Positions 52,222-62,525 of a DNA stretch of 64,000 bases are shown one piece after another (position 1 is the stretch's first letter; the number at the start of each line of letters is the position of its first letter). Where the stretch lies: assembly GCA_963740315.1 (NCBI GenBank), contig CAVUDP010000002.1:1984001-2048000 (forward strand), in the 5' to 3' direction. The notes beneath the pieces are model-generated. The model was not told where the DNA came from. It saw nothing but the letters and a program-made list of their open reading frames with translations, and searched no databases. This DNA comes from an uncultured cyanobacterium (GTDB lineage: Bacteria; Cyanobacteriota; Cyanobacteriia; Cyanobacteriales; Nostocaceae). A program made the translations under genes and the position numbers.

Positions 52222-52932
52222 ATGTCTGTTATTTATCCGCGTCGTCAACGACAACTTGAAAGTTTGGTCAAAAAGCTGGGTTTATCAGTACAAGCACCTG
52301 TGAAGTGGGAGTTGCTGGATCTGGCGCTGACTCATCCGTCTATTTCTGAGTCGGCTAATTACGAACAACTTGAGTTTGTTGGGGATGCCGTGGTACGTCT
52401 GGTGGCTGCTCTTGTTTTATGGGAAAATTTTCATCATGCCCCAGTCGGTGATTTTGCTGCAATTCGTTCTGTACTCGTTAGCGATCGCATTCTCGCTCAA
52501 TTAGCTCGTTCTTACGGTTTGGAACTACATTTGTTAGTTGCTGGCAGCGCTTATGGAGATAGAGCCGGACAAGAATCTAGATTGGCGGATGCTTTTGAAG
52601 CGGTTTTAGGTGCGTTTTATCTAAGTACTAATAATTTAGAGTTGATTCGCCCTTGGTTAGATCCCCATTTTAAACAACTTGCGGCAGAAATTAGCTTAGA
52701 TCCAGCGAAACACAATTATAAAGCTGCTTTACAAGAATGGACTCAAGGACAGTATAAAACTTTACCAGAATACCGCGTTACTCAACTCGCTTCACCTCAA
52801 CACAATCAAGAACGCTTCATAGCTGAGGTTTGGCTGCACGAAAAAAAATTAGGTGAAGGTAAAGGACGTTCTATTAAAGCTGCCGAGCAAGCTGCCGCGA
52901 AAATGGCTTTTCTCGCAATACCTCAGCAATAA
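52222..52932 (+). CDS. rnc: Ribonuclease III
   Basis: ALTHPS, YEQLEFVGDAV, ADAFEAVLGA, dsRBD with AEQAAAK. Confidence 0.95.
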   Translation: MSVIYPRRQRQLESLVKKLGLSVQAPVKWELLDLALTHPSISESANYEQLEFVGDAVVRLVAALVLWENFHHAPVGDFAAIRSVLVSDRILAQLARSYGLELHLLVAGSAYGDRAGQESRLADAFEAVLGAFYLSTNNLELIRPWLDPHFKQLAAEISLDPAKHNYKAALQEWTQGQYKTLPEYRVTQLASPQHNQERFIAEVWLHEKKLGEGKGRSIKAAEQAAAKMAFLAIPQQ

Positions 52933-53026
52933 TACTCAAATAATTAAATATTTACTCAGCTAATAATCGTAATTTTAGTCTCATTACTAACTTCCGGGCT
53001 AGTGGTTTACCACATAAGTTATGACG

Positions 53027-53086
53027 AGTTTGTAGTAAGAGCATTGGTTCCCTAAATCCGGAGGGCTTAAGCCCTTACTACGAACC
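53027..53086. repeat. GTAG-type REP-like repeat, near reverse complement of 575-634
   Basis: Shared core TTCCCTAAATCCGGAG with compensatory hairpin changes. Confidence 0.8.
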
Positions 53087-53200
53087 TTAATGACTACTAA
53101 GCAAAATGTTTAAAGTACAAAATCCCAAATTTGTTTAGCTATCATATTGTATAAGTAATTACCAACAACTAATTACTAATAACTAATTACTAATAACTAA

Positions 53201-54271
53201 ATGACTAATTCAATCAAAATTGCTGCGATCGGGGTTGGACGTTGGGGCGTTCATTTACTGCGAAATTTTTTAGCACATCCTCAAGTTGAAGTTGTAGCGG
53301 TGGTAGATCCAAATCCAGAGTGCTTGGAGAAGGTGCAACGGCAATATAACTTAGAGGCAAATGTTTTATTAACTACCGAATGGCAAAAGTTACAGCAGCT
53401 ACCAGAATTAAACGCTGTAGTCATTGCGACTCCTGCTGTGACTCATTACTCCGCGATCGTCGATGCCTTGAATTGGGGATGTCATGTTTTAGCAGAAAAA
53501 CCTCTAACTCTTAATCCCGACTATTGCCGTCAATTATGCGAGTTGGCAGAAAAACAGCAATTGATTCTCATGGTAGATCATACCTATTTATTTCATCCGG
53601 CGGTAGAAAAAGGACAAGCATTATTGCAAGCTGGTGCTGTGGGAGATTTACGCTACGGTTACGCTACACGCACCCATTTGGGACCAGTTCGCCAAGATGT
53701 TGATGCACTATGGGATTTAGCCATTCACGATATTGCCATTTTTAATAATTGGCTGGGTGAATTACCTACTATGGCTCAAGCAACAGGAAAGGTGTGGTTA
53801 CAACAAAAAGCAGTAAATTCTCCCTCTCTCCCCCTCTCCCCATCCCCCCATCTCCCTATCTCTCCCCTGTCAGATTTAGTTCAAGTAACATTAACATATC
53901 CTTCGGGTTTTCAAGCATTCATTCATCTATGTTGGCTAAACCCGGATAAACAGCGACGATTGGTAGTTGTAGGTAGTCAGGGTAGCTTAATTTTTGATGA
54001 AATGTTACCCGATGCGCCTTTGACATTAATGCAGGGTGAGTTTCAACGTCAGGAAAATCGCTTTATCCCCGTGAATCAACAACGGAAAGTGGTAGAAATT
54101 GAAAAAGGCGAACCTTTGCAACGAGTTTGTAACGGTTTTATTGAATGCATCCAGCAAAATACTCCTTCATCAATATCTAATGGTTGGGTAGGTACGCAGC
54201 TAGTAGAGATTCTTACCGCTCTTACTCAGTCTTTAGAAGCAGGGGGTGAACCTATTTCTATTAAAAATTAA
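53201..54271 (+). CDS. Gfo/Idh/MocA-family oxidoreductase with an in-frame STRR insertion
   Basis: GVGRWG, VLAEKP, DLAIHD; SPSLPLSPSPHLPISPL insert. Confidence 0.9.
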   Translation: MTNSIKIAAIGVGRWGVHLLRNFLAHPQVEVVAVVDPNPECLEKVQRQYNLEANVLLTTEWQKLQQLPELNAVVIATPAVTHYSAIVDALNWGCHVLAEKPLTLNPDYCRQLCELAEKQQLILMVDHTYLFHPAVEKGQALLQAGAVGDLRYGYATRTHLGPVRQDVDALWDLAIHDIAIFNNWLGELPTMAQATGKVWLQQKAVNSPSLPLSPSPHLPISPLSDLVQVTLTYPSGFQAFIHLCWLNPDKQRRLVVVGSQGSLIFDEMLPDAPLTLMQGEFQRQENRFIPVNQQRKVVEIEKGEPLQRVCNGFIECIQQNTPSSISNGWVGTQLVEILTALTQSLEAGGEPISIKN

Positions 54272-54280
54272 ACATTTTAT

Positions 54281-54430
54281 ATAGCAATCCGGTTTGAATT
54301 TTGAATAAGCCCAAGGTATTTGTAGGGTGTGTTACGGCTGAAGCCTAACGCACCGGAAACAAGGCAGTATGGTGCCGCGCAGCAAGCAACACACCCTACG
54401 TGTGTTTCAAAAATCAAATATGAGTCCTAT
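54281..54430. mobile_element. MITE-like element with nested GTAGGGTGTGTT...AACACACCCTAC repeat
   Basis: ATAGCAATCCGGTTTGAATTTTGAA vs reverse complement of right end ATAGGACTCATATTTGATTTTTGAA; related inner repeat at ~39026. Confidence 0.6.
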
Positions 54431-54438
54431 GTAAGGTT

Positions 54439-54541
54439 ATGGATATTGAAGAATTGTTGGAAAGGTATGCTGCTGGAGAAAGAAACTGTTTTTGTTCGCG
54501 GCTGATTTGAGTGGAAATGATATTAGTGGTATCAATTTGCT
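54439..54541 (+). pseudogene. Pentapeptide-repeat protein N-terminal fragment
   Basis: MDIEELLERYAAGERN, then ADLSGNDISGINL in another frame, then truncated by a repeat. Confidence 0.7.
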
Positions 54542-54544
54542 GAT

Positions 54545-54778
54545 GTTGGGTTACGACGATAAGTTAATTAATTGATGAATAATTAAATCTTGTGGCGCGT
54601 CTAACCCAACCTACAACTAAGACTCAAAACAATATTAAACACCAAACGAAACAAGGCACTTTATTCAAAAATGTACGCCATCGTAATCTCGCATAAAATC
54701 AAAATGAGCAAGGTTGGGTTACGACGATAAGTTAATTGATTAATAATTAAATCTTGTGATGCGTCTAACCCAACCTAC
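54545..54778. repeat. Two near-identical hairpin repeats (GTTGGGTTACGACG...CGTCTAACCCAACCTAC)
   Basis: 54545-54614 and 54713-54778; same family as 17805-17973. Confidence 0.8.
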
Positions 54779-54788
54779 TACTATATCT

Positions 54789-56720
54789 TTAATTAGGATT
54801 GCCTTGAATAGTAGCTTGTGGTACTTTACCATTGCCATTTGCAGAATCAATTTGATTAGAAACCGATTTATTCTCGCTATCTATTAAAGGCAAACTAATT
54901 TTAACCGTAGTACCTCGATCGATTCCCGGACTTTCAAGAGTTATCGTACCTCCCATCAATTCGATTAAGTTGCGTGAAATTGCTAGTCCTAACCCAGTAC
55001 CGTTATACTTGCGGGCACTGTCTCCATCCACCATCATGAAGGGGCGAAATAGTTTTTGCTGTTGTTCGGTATCTATGCCTATACCCGTATCTCTGACGGC
55101 AACTGTTACCCAAATACCGTCACTGTGTTGAATTTCTGTGGTTATGGTAATGCTTCCTGTTTCGGTAAATTTTGTGGCGTTACCGATGACGTTGATTAAT
55201 ACTTGCTTGAGTTTGGCTGTATCGGCATTAACTATAATTTGCTCTTTTAAAGCGGGAATATTTAACTGTAAACCTTTCTGCTGAATATTAACCGATTGTA
55301 AAGTAACTACGTCGTTTATAACTTGGCGTAGATCGATTGGTTCGATCGCAACTGAAAGCTTACCTGCTTCTATGCTAGAAATATCGAGTAAATCGTTAAT
55401 AATCCCTAACAAATGAATCGCGGTATCATCCGCACGTTTGAGAAACTCCTTTTCTTCTTCTCTATCGTCGCACAAGTCATCTCGAACCAAACGTATGGAA
55501 TTGATGATGATGTTTAGGGGGTTTCTCAACTCATGGGAAGTTGTAGCCAACAAATGACTTTTGCTTTGATTGGCGGTTTTCGCATCTTTCCAAGCAATTT
55601 CCAACTCTTGTCCCCATGCTTTAAGTCTTTCAACCATTTGCGAGAGTGCGATTGCTAATTGATTGAACTCTCGAATGTGGAAATTATCGGGAACCGCTTT
55701 ATTTGTATCTCCTGAATGAATATTCAATGCATAATCGCGCAGTTGTTCAGCAGGATGCGCTAAATAACGAGCCACATACAGCGATGCTAATAAAGTCGCA
55801 CCAATCAACCCAATTGTTAAAACCAATAAAATTAACTTGATTTCCTTCAAACCGTACAAAGCATTATCTAAACTCGTAACAGCTAAGATTACCCATTTTT
55901 TCTGCCCACCATCAATTGGACTGTTAATAGCTGTATATCCTGCAAGTAACTCCTTACCCTCTTTTTCAAAAAATAAATTTGAAGAGTCAAAGCGTCCGGA
56001 TATCGCATTTTTGACAATTTTTTGCAGTTTTTTCCCATCTGTATGTTCTGCAATATTTGTACCTACCCGTTGAAAAATTGGGTGTGCCAAAATTGTTCCG
56101 TTTTCTGCAATTACTACCGTAGAACCTGTTAAAAATCCTGGATTATCTTGAATTTTCTCGTGCAATAGTTGCAATCGCATACTTAAGGTATAAAGTAATT
56201 TACCTTGAGTATCGTAAACGGGAGAAGACAAGTTAAGCTCTAGTAATGGTTGATTTTCTAAATTATTCGTTGTCGATTCTGTGGGAAAAATAGGTTGAAT
56301 TTGAACTTTATTTTGAGAAAACGAAAAATCATTCAAATTTGTTAATTTTTTACCACAATTGCCAGCAATAATTTTACCGCTATAGGGATTTGTTAATTGA
56401 ATACATTTTATTTGTCTGGGCAATTGTTGAGTTAACTGAGTAACAAATTGTTTTACCAACTGAGGTTTACCCGATTGAATAACCGACGTTTGAGAAGCAG
56501 TTAATAAGTTGCTTTTGAGCGCATCAATAGTATCTACAAGACTTTCTCCTTTGATAATGGCACTTTCGGTTAAATTTTGACGCGCAATTTCTATTAAACT
56601 AGAACGTGCTTTTTTATAGCCGACAAACTCACCTATCAATAAGACTGGTACTGATAGCAGTAATATCCTTGATACTAAAATTCGGCGAAATGATGATTGA
56701 CGACGATTCACCATTGGCAT
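54789..56720 (-). CDS. Membrane sensor histidine kinase (Cache-like periplasmic domain, HAMP, HisKA, HATPase)
   Basis: Two TM helices, SHELRNPL, NATKFT, DTGIG, GTGLGL. Confidence 0.92.
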   Translation of the reverse strand: MPMVNRRQSSFRRILVSRILLLSVPVLLIGEFVGYKKARSSLIEIARQNLTESAIIKGESLVDTIDALKSNLLTASQTSVIQSGKPQLVKQFVTQLTQQLPRQIKCIQLTNPYSGKIIAGNCGKKLTNLNDFSFSQNKVQIQPIFPTESTTNNLENQPLLELNLSSPVYDTQGKLLYTLSMRLQLLHEKIQDNPGFLTGSTVVIAENGTILAHPIFQRVGTNIAEHTDGKKLQKIVKNAISGRFDSSNLFFEKEGKELLAGYTAINSPIDGGQKKWVILAVTSLDNALYGLKEIKLILLVLTIGLIGATLLASLYVARYLAHPAEQLRDYALNIHSGDTNKAVPDNFHIREFNQLAIALSQMVERLKAWGQELEIAWKDAKTANQSKSHLLATTSHELRNPLNIIINSIRLVRDDLCDDREEEKEFLKRADDTAIHLLGIINDLLDISSIEAGKLSVAIEPIDLRQVINDVVTLQSVNIQQKGLQLNIPALKEQIIVNADTAKLKQVLINVIGNATKFTETGSITITTEIQHSDGIWVTVAVRDTGIGIDTEQQQKLFRPFMMVDGDSARKYNGTGLGLAISRNLIELMGGTITLESPGIDRGTTVKISLPLIDSENKSVSNQIDSANGNGKVPQATIQGNPN

Positions 56721-57161
56721 TCTCTAATAAGCATCTGCAAACCAAAACAGCAAGATAAAGGTTAAATAACCCGCGTTAATATACTTCCATTATTAAGTTG
56801 ATTATTCCGGTGGAGTCAAGTTATTAAATTGTTGTTAACCGTTGAGGGCGATCGCGAGGTAAATAGATTTTGGTAATAGGTAATAGGTAATTGGTAATTA
56901 ATATAGGATGAGTGCCTTACAATGTTTGTAGACAATTCTTTATTACACTTTAGCAAGCTTCATAATGGCGATAAGTATTCAACCACACATGATAAAATTG
57001 GCAATTTTTATGGTAAGTATTATTTTTTATATCGCAGTAGTTTAGGTACTGCTTTGTAAAAAATCAACTTTATTACACTAATTAGTATCCTCAGATAGAA
57101 GGTTTCTATTTATTGTTATTATCAGCTTTATAAATATCAACATCACCGAACTCAACCATTT

Positions 57162-57860
57162 TTGATGACAAAACAAATTCGTCCTCATACCACAGTGGTT
57201 TTGGCAATGAGCGCAGATGGAAAAATAGCAGATGTTACTCGTTCTTCAGCTAGATTTGCATCAATTACGGATAAAGCACACTTAGAAAAACAAATTGCTT
57301 ATCGGGATGCTGTTTTATTCGGTGCTGGTACTTTACGCGCTTACGGTACGACTTTAACAGTATCGCATCCAGACCTATTAGAGCATCGAAAATCTAATGG
57401 TAAGCCACCCCAACCCATTCATATTGTTATATCTGATTCCGGTCAGTTAGAGCCAGATATACGCTTCTTCCAACAGCCAGTTGAACGTTGGTTAGTCTCA
57501 ACAGCTACAGGAGCGAGGTTTTGGCAAGACAGACGGGAATTTCAACGTATACTCGTATTTGAAACGGCAACAGGAAAAGTCGATCTTCGTGCAGCCCTGC
57601 TTTCTTTGACTACCTTGGGTATAGCACGGTTAGGAATTTTAGGTGGGGGAAAATTAGTAGCGAATCTTCTCAAATTAAATTTAATTGACGAAATGTGGCT
57701 TACTGTCTGTCCCTTAATTTTGGGTGGTGAAGATGCTCCCACGCCAGTTGAGGGTTCTGGTTTTTTAGCTGAAACTGCTCCAAAGTTGCAACTGCTGGAA
57801 GTTCGCACCGAAGATCGAGAAGTATTTCTTCATTATTGTCTGCAACAATTCCCAGATTAG
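57162..57860 (+). CDS. RibD C-terminal (pyrimidine reductase-like) domain protein
   Basis: AMSADGKI, GAGTL, LGGGKL, IDEMWLTVCPLILGG. Confidence 0.88.
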   Translation: MMTKQIRPHTTVVLAMSADGKIADVTRSSARFASITDKAHLEKQIAYRDAVLFGAGTLRAYGTTLTVSHPDLLEHRKSNGKPPQPIHIVISDSGQLEPDIRFFQQPVERWLVSTATGARFWQDRREFQRILVFETATGKVDLRAALLSLTTLGIARLGILGGGKLVANLLKLNLIDEMWLTVCPLILGGEDAPTPVEGSGFLAETAPKLQLLEVRTEDREVFLHYCLQQFPD

Positions 57861-57879
57861 ATTACGCTTAATAAAGCTT

Positions 57880-59091
57880 TTGCTAAGTTTTGTGTCTTCA
57901 ACGAGCATGGTGGAAAAAATCAAGCCGAGCTATTCTCTTAACTGGATTAACACAGTTGCTGAAGTACCCAAAGATGCTTGGAATGCTTTGGCGATACCGC
58001 TTCAGACTCCTTTTTTTGAATGGGATTGGTTAAACAATCTCGAATCTTCTCAAAGCGCTACTGCCCGAAGTGGTTGGTTGCCCAATCACTTGACGCTGTG
58101 GCGAGATAGAACGTTAATTGCTGCTGCTCCACTTTATATCAAAGGACATAGCTATGGAGAATTTGTCTTTGACCAACAGTGGGCAGATTTAGCTCATCGT
58201 ATTGGGGTGGAATATTACCCCAAAATGCTGGGGATGTCGCCGTTTACTCCCGCAGAAGGTTATCGATTTTTGATTGCGCCAGGAGAAGATGAGGATGAAA
58301 TAATTTCCTTGATACTGCGCGAAATAGATTCCTTTTGCAAAAAGCGGCGTATCAGTGGCTGCAATTTCTTGTATGTAGACCCCGATTTTCATGCAAAATT
58401 AGAACGTCAGGGTTTTACAGCTTGGCTGCACCATAACTATGTTTGGCAAAATAACGATTTTACAACTTTTGACGATTATTTAGGTGCATTCAACGCCAAT
58501 CAGCGTCGCAACATCAAACGCGAACGAAAAGCTGTCACAAAAGCTGGTTTGGAATTAAAACCATTTACTGGCGATGATATTCCCCAGGAATTATTTCCTT
58601 TGATGTACGATTTCTACGCCGACACCTGCGACAAATTTGGTTGGTGGGGTAGCAAATATCTTACAAAACGCTTTTTTGAATCGCTATACCAAAACTATCG
58701 TCATCGAGTCGTATTTTTTGCAGCTTATAGCGAAAATAATAGCCAACCCGTAGGAATGTCATTTTGCTTATATAAAGGCGATAAAATGTACGGGCGTTAC
58801 TGGGGTAGTTTTCAAGAAATAGATTGTCTCCACTTTGACGCTTGCTATTATTCACCCATTGAATGGGCAATTAAAAATAATATTCAAGTATTCGATCCCG
58901 GTGCAGGTGGAAGGCATAAAAAACGTCGCGGCTTCCCCGCAACTCCCAACTACAGCCTGCACCGCTTTTACGACAATCGTTTGGGACAAATTCTCCGTCG
59001 TTATATCACCGAAGTAAACCAACTCGAACAAAAAGAAATTGAAGCAATTAATGAAGAAATTCCCTTTGCACAAAGTAAAACCGAGGAATAA
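57880..59091 (+). CDS. GNAT-fold FemAB-like (DUF482) protein (start likely ATG 57907)
   Basis: HSYGEFVFD, PFTP, YGRYWG, LHFDACYY, GAGGRHKKRRG. Confidence 0.88.
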   Translation: MLSFVSSTSMVEKIKPSYSLNWINTVAEVPKDAWNALAIPLQTPFFEWDWLNNLESSQSATARSGWLPNHLTLWRDRTLIAAAPLYIKGHSYGEFVFDQQWADLAHRIGVEYYPKMLGMSPFTPAEGYRFLIAPGEDEDEIISLILREIDSFCKKRRISGCNFLYVDPDFHAKLERQGFTAWLHHNYVWQNNDFTTFDDYLGAFNANQRRNIKRERKAVTKAGLELKPFTGDDIPQELFPLMYDFYADTCDKFGWWGSKYLTKRFFESLYQNYRHRVVFFAAYSENNSQPVGMSFCLYKGDKMYGRYWGSFQEIDCLHFDACYYSPIEWAIKNNIQVFDPGAGGRHKKRRGFPATPNYSLHRFYDNRLGQILRRYITEVNQLEQKEIEAINEEIPFAQSKTEE

Positions 59092-59247
59092 TTCGTAATT
59101 GGGCATGGTAGAAGGGGTATAGGGGGAGAAAAGAAATAATTTAAAACTCTAACTGTTCCCTATTCCCTGTTCCCTGAAAAAAAAGTAAAAGAAAGAATTA
59201 AACTGATTCTAGGTATGTCAAAACCCTTAAAATTGTAGTTTTTTTTA

Positions 59248-59634
59248 GTGATTATGAATCTACGTGAAAATTTAACAGTAATTGATGATAAACTTTCTCA
59301 ACGACACATTGATTTAGATCCTGCCGGATATTTTATTATTTACATCGATCGCGAAGAAGGATTAATTTTTGCCAAGCATTTTACCAACATCATCGACGAA
59401 CGAGGTTTAGCCGTCGATCCAGAAACGGGAAAGGTAATTCCTGCTAAAGGAAAGGTACAGCGAACCCACACAATAGTATATTCTGGCAGAACCGCGAAGG
59501 AATTATCTGTAAAAATTTTAGAAGAAACTCAGCCCTGCCCCATAACCATGTTCGATCATGCTGCTTATCTAGGTAGAGAATTCGTCCGCGCCGAGATGGC
59601 TTTGGTGAGTGGACAGGAGTATGTTCAGGATTAG
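59248..59634 (+). CDS. DUF4346 domain protein
   Basis: LDPAGYFII, GRTAKE, DHAAYLGRE, YVQD. Confidence 0.85.
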   Translation: MIMNLRENLTVIDDKLSQRHIDLDPAGYFIIYIDREEGLIFAKHFTNIIDERGLAVDPETGKVIPAKGKVQRTHTIVYSGRTAKELSVKILEETQPCPITMFDHAAYLGREFVRAEMALVSGQEYVQD

Positions 59635-59862
59635 GAGATGGGGGAGAGGGGGAGATGGGGTTCGGGGGAGACAAGGGGACAAGGGGACAAGGGGACAAGG
59701 AGATGGGGAGAGGGGGAGAATAGAGCAGGGGAGGCTCAGTCGGCTCTTGAGGCAGGGGAAGAAAAGAATAAATTACTTCCTCCGCTCCCTCCGCCTTCTT
59801 CATCTCCCAACTCCCAACTATTACCTTTAACCTTTAACCTTTAACCTTTAACCTTTCCTCTT

Positions 59863-60593
59863 CTATCCTTCCGATGATGGTTGGAAAACCAAATAGATAT
59901 AGTATGTTGCCATCGGGATGACGGTGGCAGCAATCAATAATCCTACTACCCAAGCGGTAGCATTTGGGCGATCGGTTTCTTCGGCTTTGGTAAAGGTGCC
60001 TTCTGTTTGTACATCGTCGATAACTACTGGGGACCTGGATCTGGTTCCCCCGAAAGTACGGTAACTATACGTTCTTGTGCGTCTAATAAGGCTTGATTGT
60101 ATTTGTTACCGTTTCGCAATGGCACTAAAACAGTTTCTGACGCTACACTTTGGGCGATGTCATCGGACATTACAGATTTGACTTTATCACCCGTAACAAT
60201 GGCAGTACCGTTGGTTACGGAGTCGATCGCTAATAAAGTTTGATTTGATTGTGCTTCTTTTGTTGGAAACCATTTTTCAAATAGGGCTTTAGTAAAACTC
60301 TCAGGAGTTTCCCCATAATCTAAACGACGAATGGTAACTATCCGGACTTCGTTTCCTGTTTTCTTTGCCAATTCATCGAAGGCAGTACTAATTTTACCTT
60401 CATTAAAACGGCTGATTAAATCTGCTTCATCTACAACCCATGTGTCTGAAGTCAGGTTTGGAATATTATATACACCCGTAGCGAAAGCGGGTATCATAAA
60501 CGCGGAAGAAACGAATATCATTATCGCTACTGATAAAATCAGCTTTGCGATATATTTTTGCCAACTCAACAAGTGCTTGAGAAGCTGGTTCAT
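59863..60593 (-). pseudogene. psb32: Photosystem II-associated TPM-domain protein Psb32 with a -1 frameshift in a C4 run (probably a sequence error)
   Basis: ORF stops at PDPGPQ; adding one C gives PGPPVVIDDVQTEGTFTKAEETDRPNATAWVVGLLIAATVIPMATYY...*, stop at 59863. Confidence 0.85.
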
Positions 60594-60825
60594 AGCAAAA
60601 AACCACTATACTACTTTTCACCAAAAATACTACATAAGTATGGTCAAAGTCTCGTTTTTGTCAGGGTTTTCTATCGAAATACTTTTAAAATCGATTAATA
60701 CGAGTAAGAGTTATCTGATAAAAATCTTAATAATAGTTATTTATGGTGAACGAGGAGATTACTATTTTTATAAGGGATTGTTGAAAGCAATTCTCATATA
60801 TTATTGACATTTTTCTATTATTTAA

Positions 60826-61353
60826 ATGAATTATCTGATTACAGTTTATCCAAACCGCATACAGGTTGAAGCAGCTTATACTGCTCTGGAAAAAGAAGGT
60901 TTACCCACAGAACAAATTAGTATTTTAGGTGAAGGTTACAAAAGTACAGACGAATACGGATTGATTAACCCCAAGGAGCAAGCCAAGAATAACATACAAC
61001 GTCTTCGTTACTGGCTCATTCCTTTTGGTTTCGCTGTCGGTTATGCTTTCAATTTATTAACAAATATTAAAATAATTCCCGTAGATGGTATTATTAATCC
61101 AATTATTGCAGGCTTGTTAGGAGCGGCTTCTGGGGTATTAGGTGCTGTGGTTGTCGGCGATCGCGTCGGAGTTACGGTTGGTAATAAAGATGCTTTACTT
61201 TACCGCAGCCGTTTGGATGCTGGGAAGTATTTGATCGTTTTTCAAGGTACCGAAGAATTAGTTAAAAAAGCAACTAGCATACTTCATTCTTTTCAGCCTG
61301 AAAATATTCAAGGTTATGTAGAAATGGGGAATGGGGAGCAAAATGCGGAGTAA
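60826..61353 (+). CDS. Hypothetical membrane protein (general-stress-protein-like)
   Basis: ORF 175 aa, two Gly-rich TM helices, YRSRLDAGKYLI. Confidence 0.75.
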   Translation: MNYLITVYPNRIQVEAAYTALEKEGLPTEQISILGEGYKSTDEYGLINPKEQAKNNIQRLRYWLIPFGFAVGYAFNLLTNIKIIPVDGIINPIIAGLLGAASGVLGAVVVGDRVGVTVGNKDALLYRSRLDAGKYLIVFQGTEELVKKATSILHSFQPENIQGYVEMGNGEQNAE

Positions 61354-61462
61354 TCCTATAAATTGAGCTTTATAGAATTAACTAAAAGGTTTGCGGTAAG
61401 TGTCTTATCTTTTTATTTAACAGCTTAATTCACTTAATACAAACCCAAAATTTCTGTAAAAC

Positions 61463-62236
61463 TTATACAAATAATCTAAATCTTGATAAAAGATTTTCAA
61501 TGGTTTGCGGCAAAATGTTATTTAATTCCCTGCTATCTTTAAACTGCATGATTTGAGTTGCACTTAAGTCAAAAGGAAATTCTCCATGCTTATCCGGAGG
61601 CTGCATTTGTGCAATTAAAATTTGTGACGATCGCTTGCTTTGAATTGCATAACCGAGTTCAATACAGGTATTCGCACTAGGAACAAGCAAAGGTTTTTCT
61701 TTACCGCTATCAACGCTTGCAATTGGTGTCGCATCCGCAATAAATAATAAGCTCCTGCGAATTTTTCGCATCATGCTGCTTCCCAACCGCATCGGCGCAT
61801 CTTTTGGGCGAATTGACTCGATTAACTTTAACGGAAGTCGCGATCGCAAATTCAATTTATCCAAGCTATCGAGCAACCCTTCACGCAAAGCATCGCTAGA
61901 TTCGGGATATTCATTTTGATAGCTCAAAAAAATCGTTGGCTCCAATTGCGCTAACAAAGCCTGCTTCGTAAAATAAATCTCATGGCTAATTAAATCGATA
62001 TTGGCGACACAATAGCCACCACTACCTTCAACATAAAATTCAATCTCGTCCCCTTCCAGATAGCGCCGAAACCAAGTTGAATTTTTTACTACTTCGCTCT
62101 CTTCCAAAAAATCTGCTCTCAAAGCCGACTTCAACAGACTTTTTTTACTGATACGAATGTCTGGCTGACGTTTTTCCAACTCTGGAATCGGCTCATACTT
62201 CTCGACATACCAAGCTCTCAGAGCAATAATCGACAT
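61463..62236 (-). CDS. Hypothetical protein with C-terminal TIR/nucleoside-deoxyribosyltransferase-like fold
   Basis: IFLSYQ...LLFIADATP...NTCIELGYA pattern. Confidence 0.7.
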   Translation of the reverse strand: MSIIALRAWYVEKYEPIPELEKRQPDIRISKKSLLKSALRADFLEESEVVKNSTWFRRYLEGDEIEFYVEGSGGYCVANIDLISHEIYFTKQALLAQLEPTIFLSYQNEYPESSDALREGLLDSLDKLNLRSRLPLKLIESIRPKDAPMRLGSSMMRKIRRSLLFIADATPIASVDSGKEKPLLVPSANTCIELGYAIQSKRSSQILIAQMQPPDKHGEFPFDLSATQIMQFKDSRELNNILPQTIENLLSRFRLFV

Positions 62237-62525
62237 AATTAGCAGCTATTTGTTTTCTTGTCTCAAATATTCAACTTCGTACAAGCTTACACCGAAGTGT
62301 TACCCGAACAACATCGTCCGAATGTCATATAAATATCAACATTCGATTGCATTGCACTAACTTAAATTTTCATGAATTAACTACCTTAAGATAGTTGCAG
62401 CAGTTCTAAAATATAAATAATTCCTCACATTTATTCTATCTCCATTTATTTAAGATTTAGTACAATTATACTATAAAAAATCTGGAGACGCATGATTTAG
62501 AAAATAATTGATAATTGAGAATGGG

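Noticed and set aside
54545..54778. Two ~68-bp repeats separated by ~98 bp as a possible mini-CRISPR
   Set aside because: Repeat and spacer lengths do not fit, and the unit matches the dispersed hairpin family at 17805
59444..59844. ORFs 59444-59803, 59609-59830 and 59638-59844
   Set aside because: STRR-derived or antisense to the DUF4346 gene
60331..60807. 158-aa plus-strand ORF
   Set aside because: Mostly antisense to psb32 with no recognisable motifs
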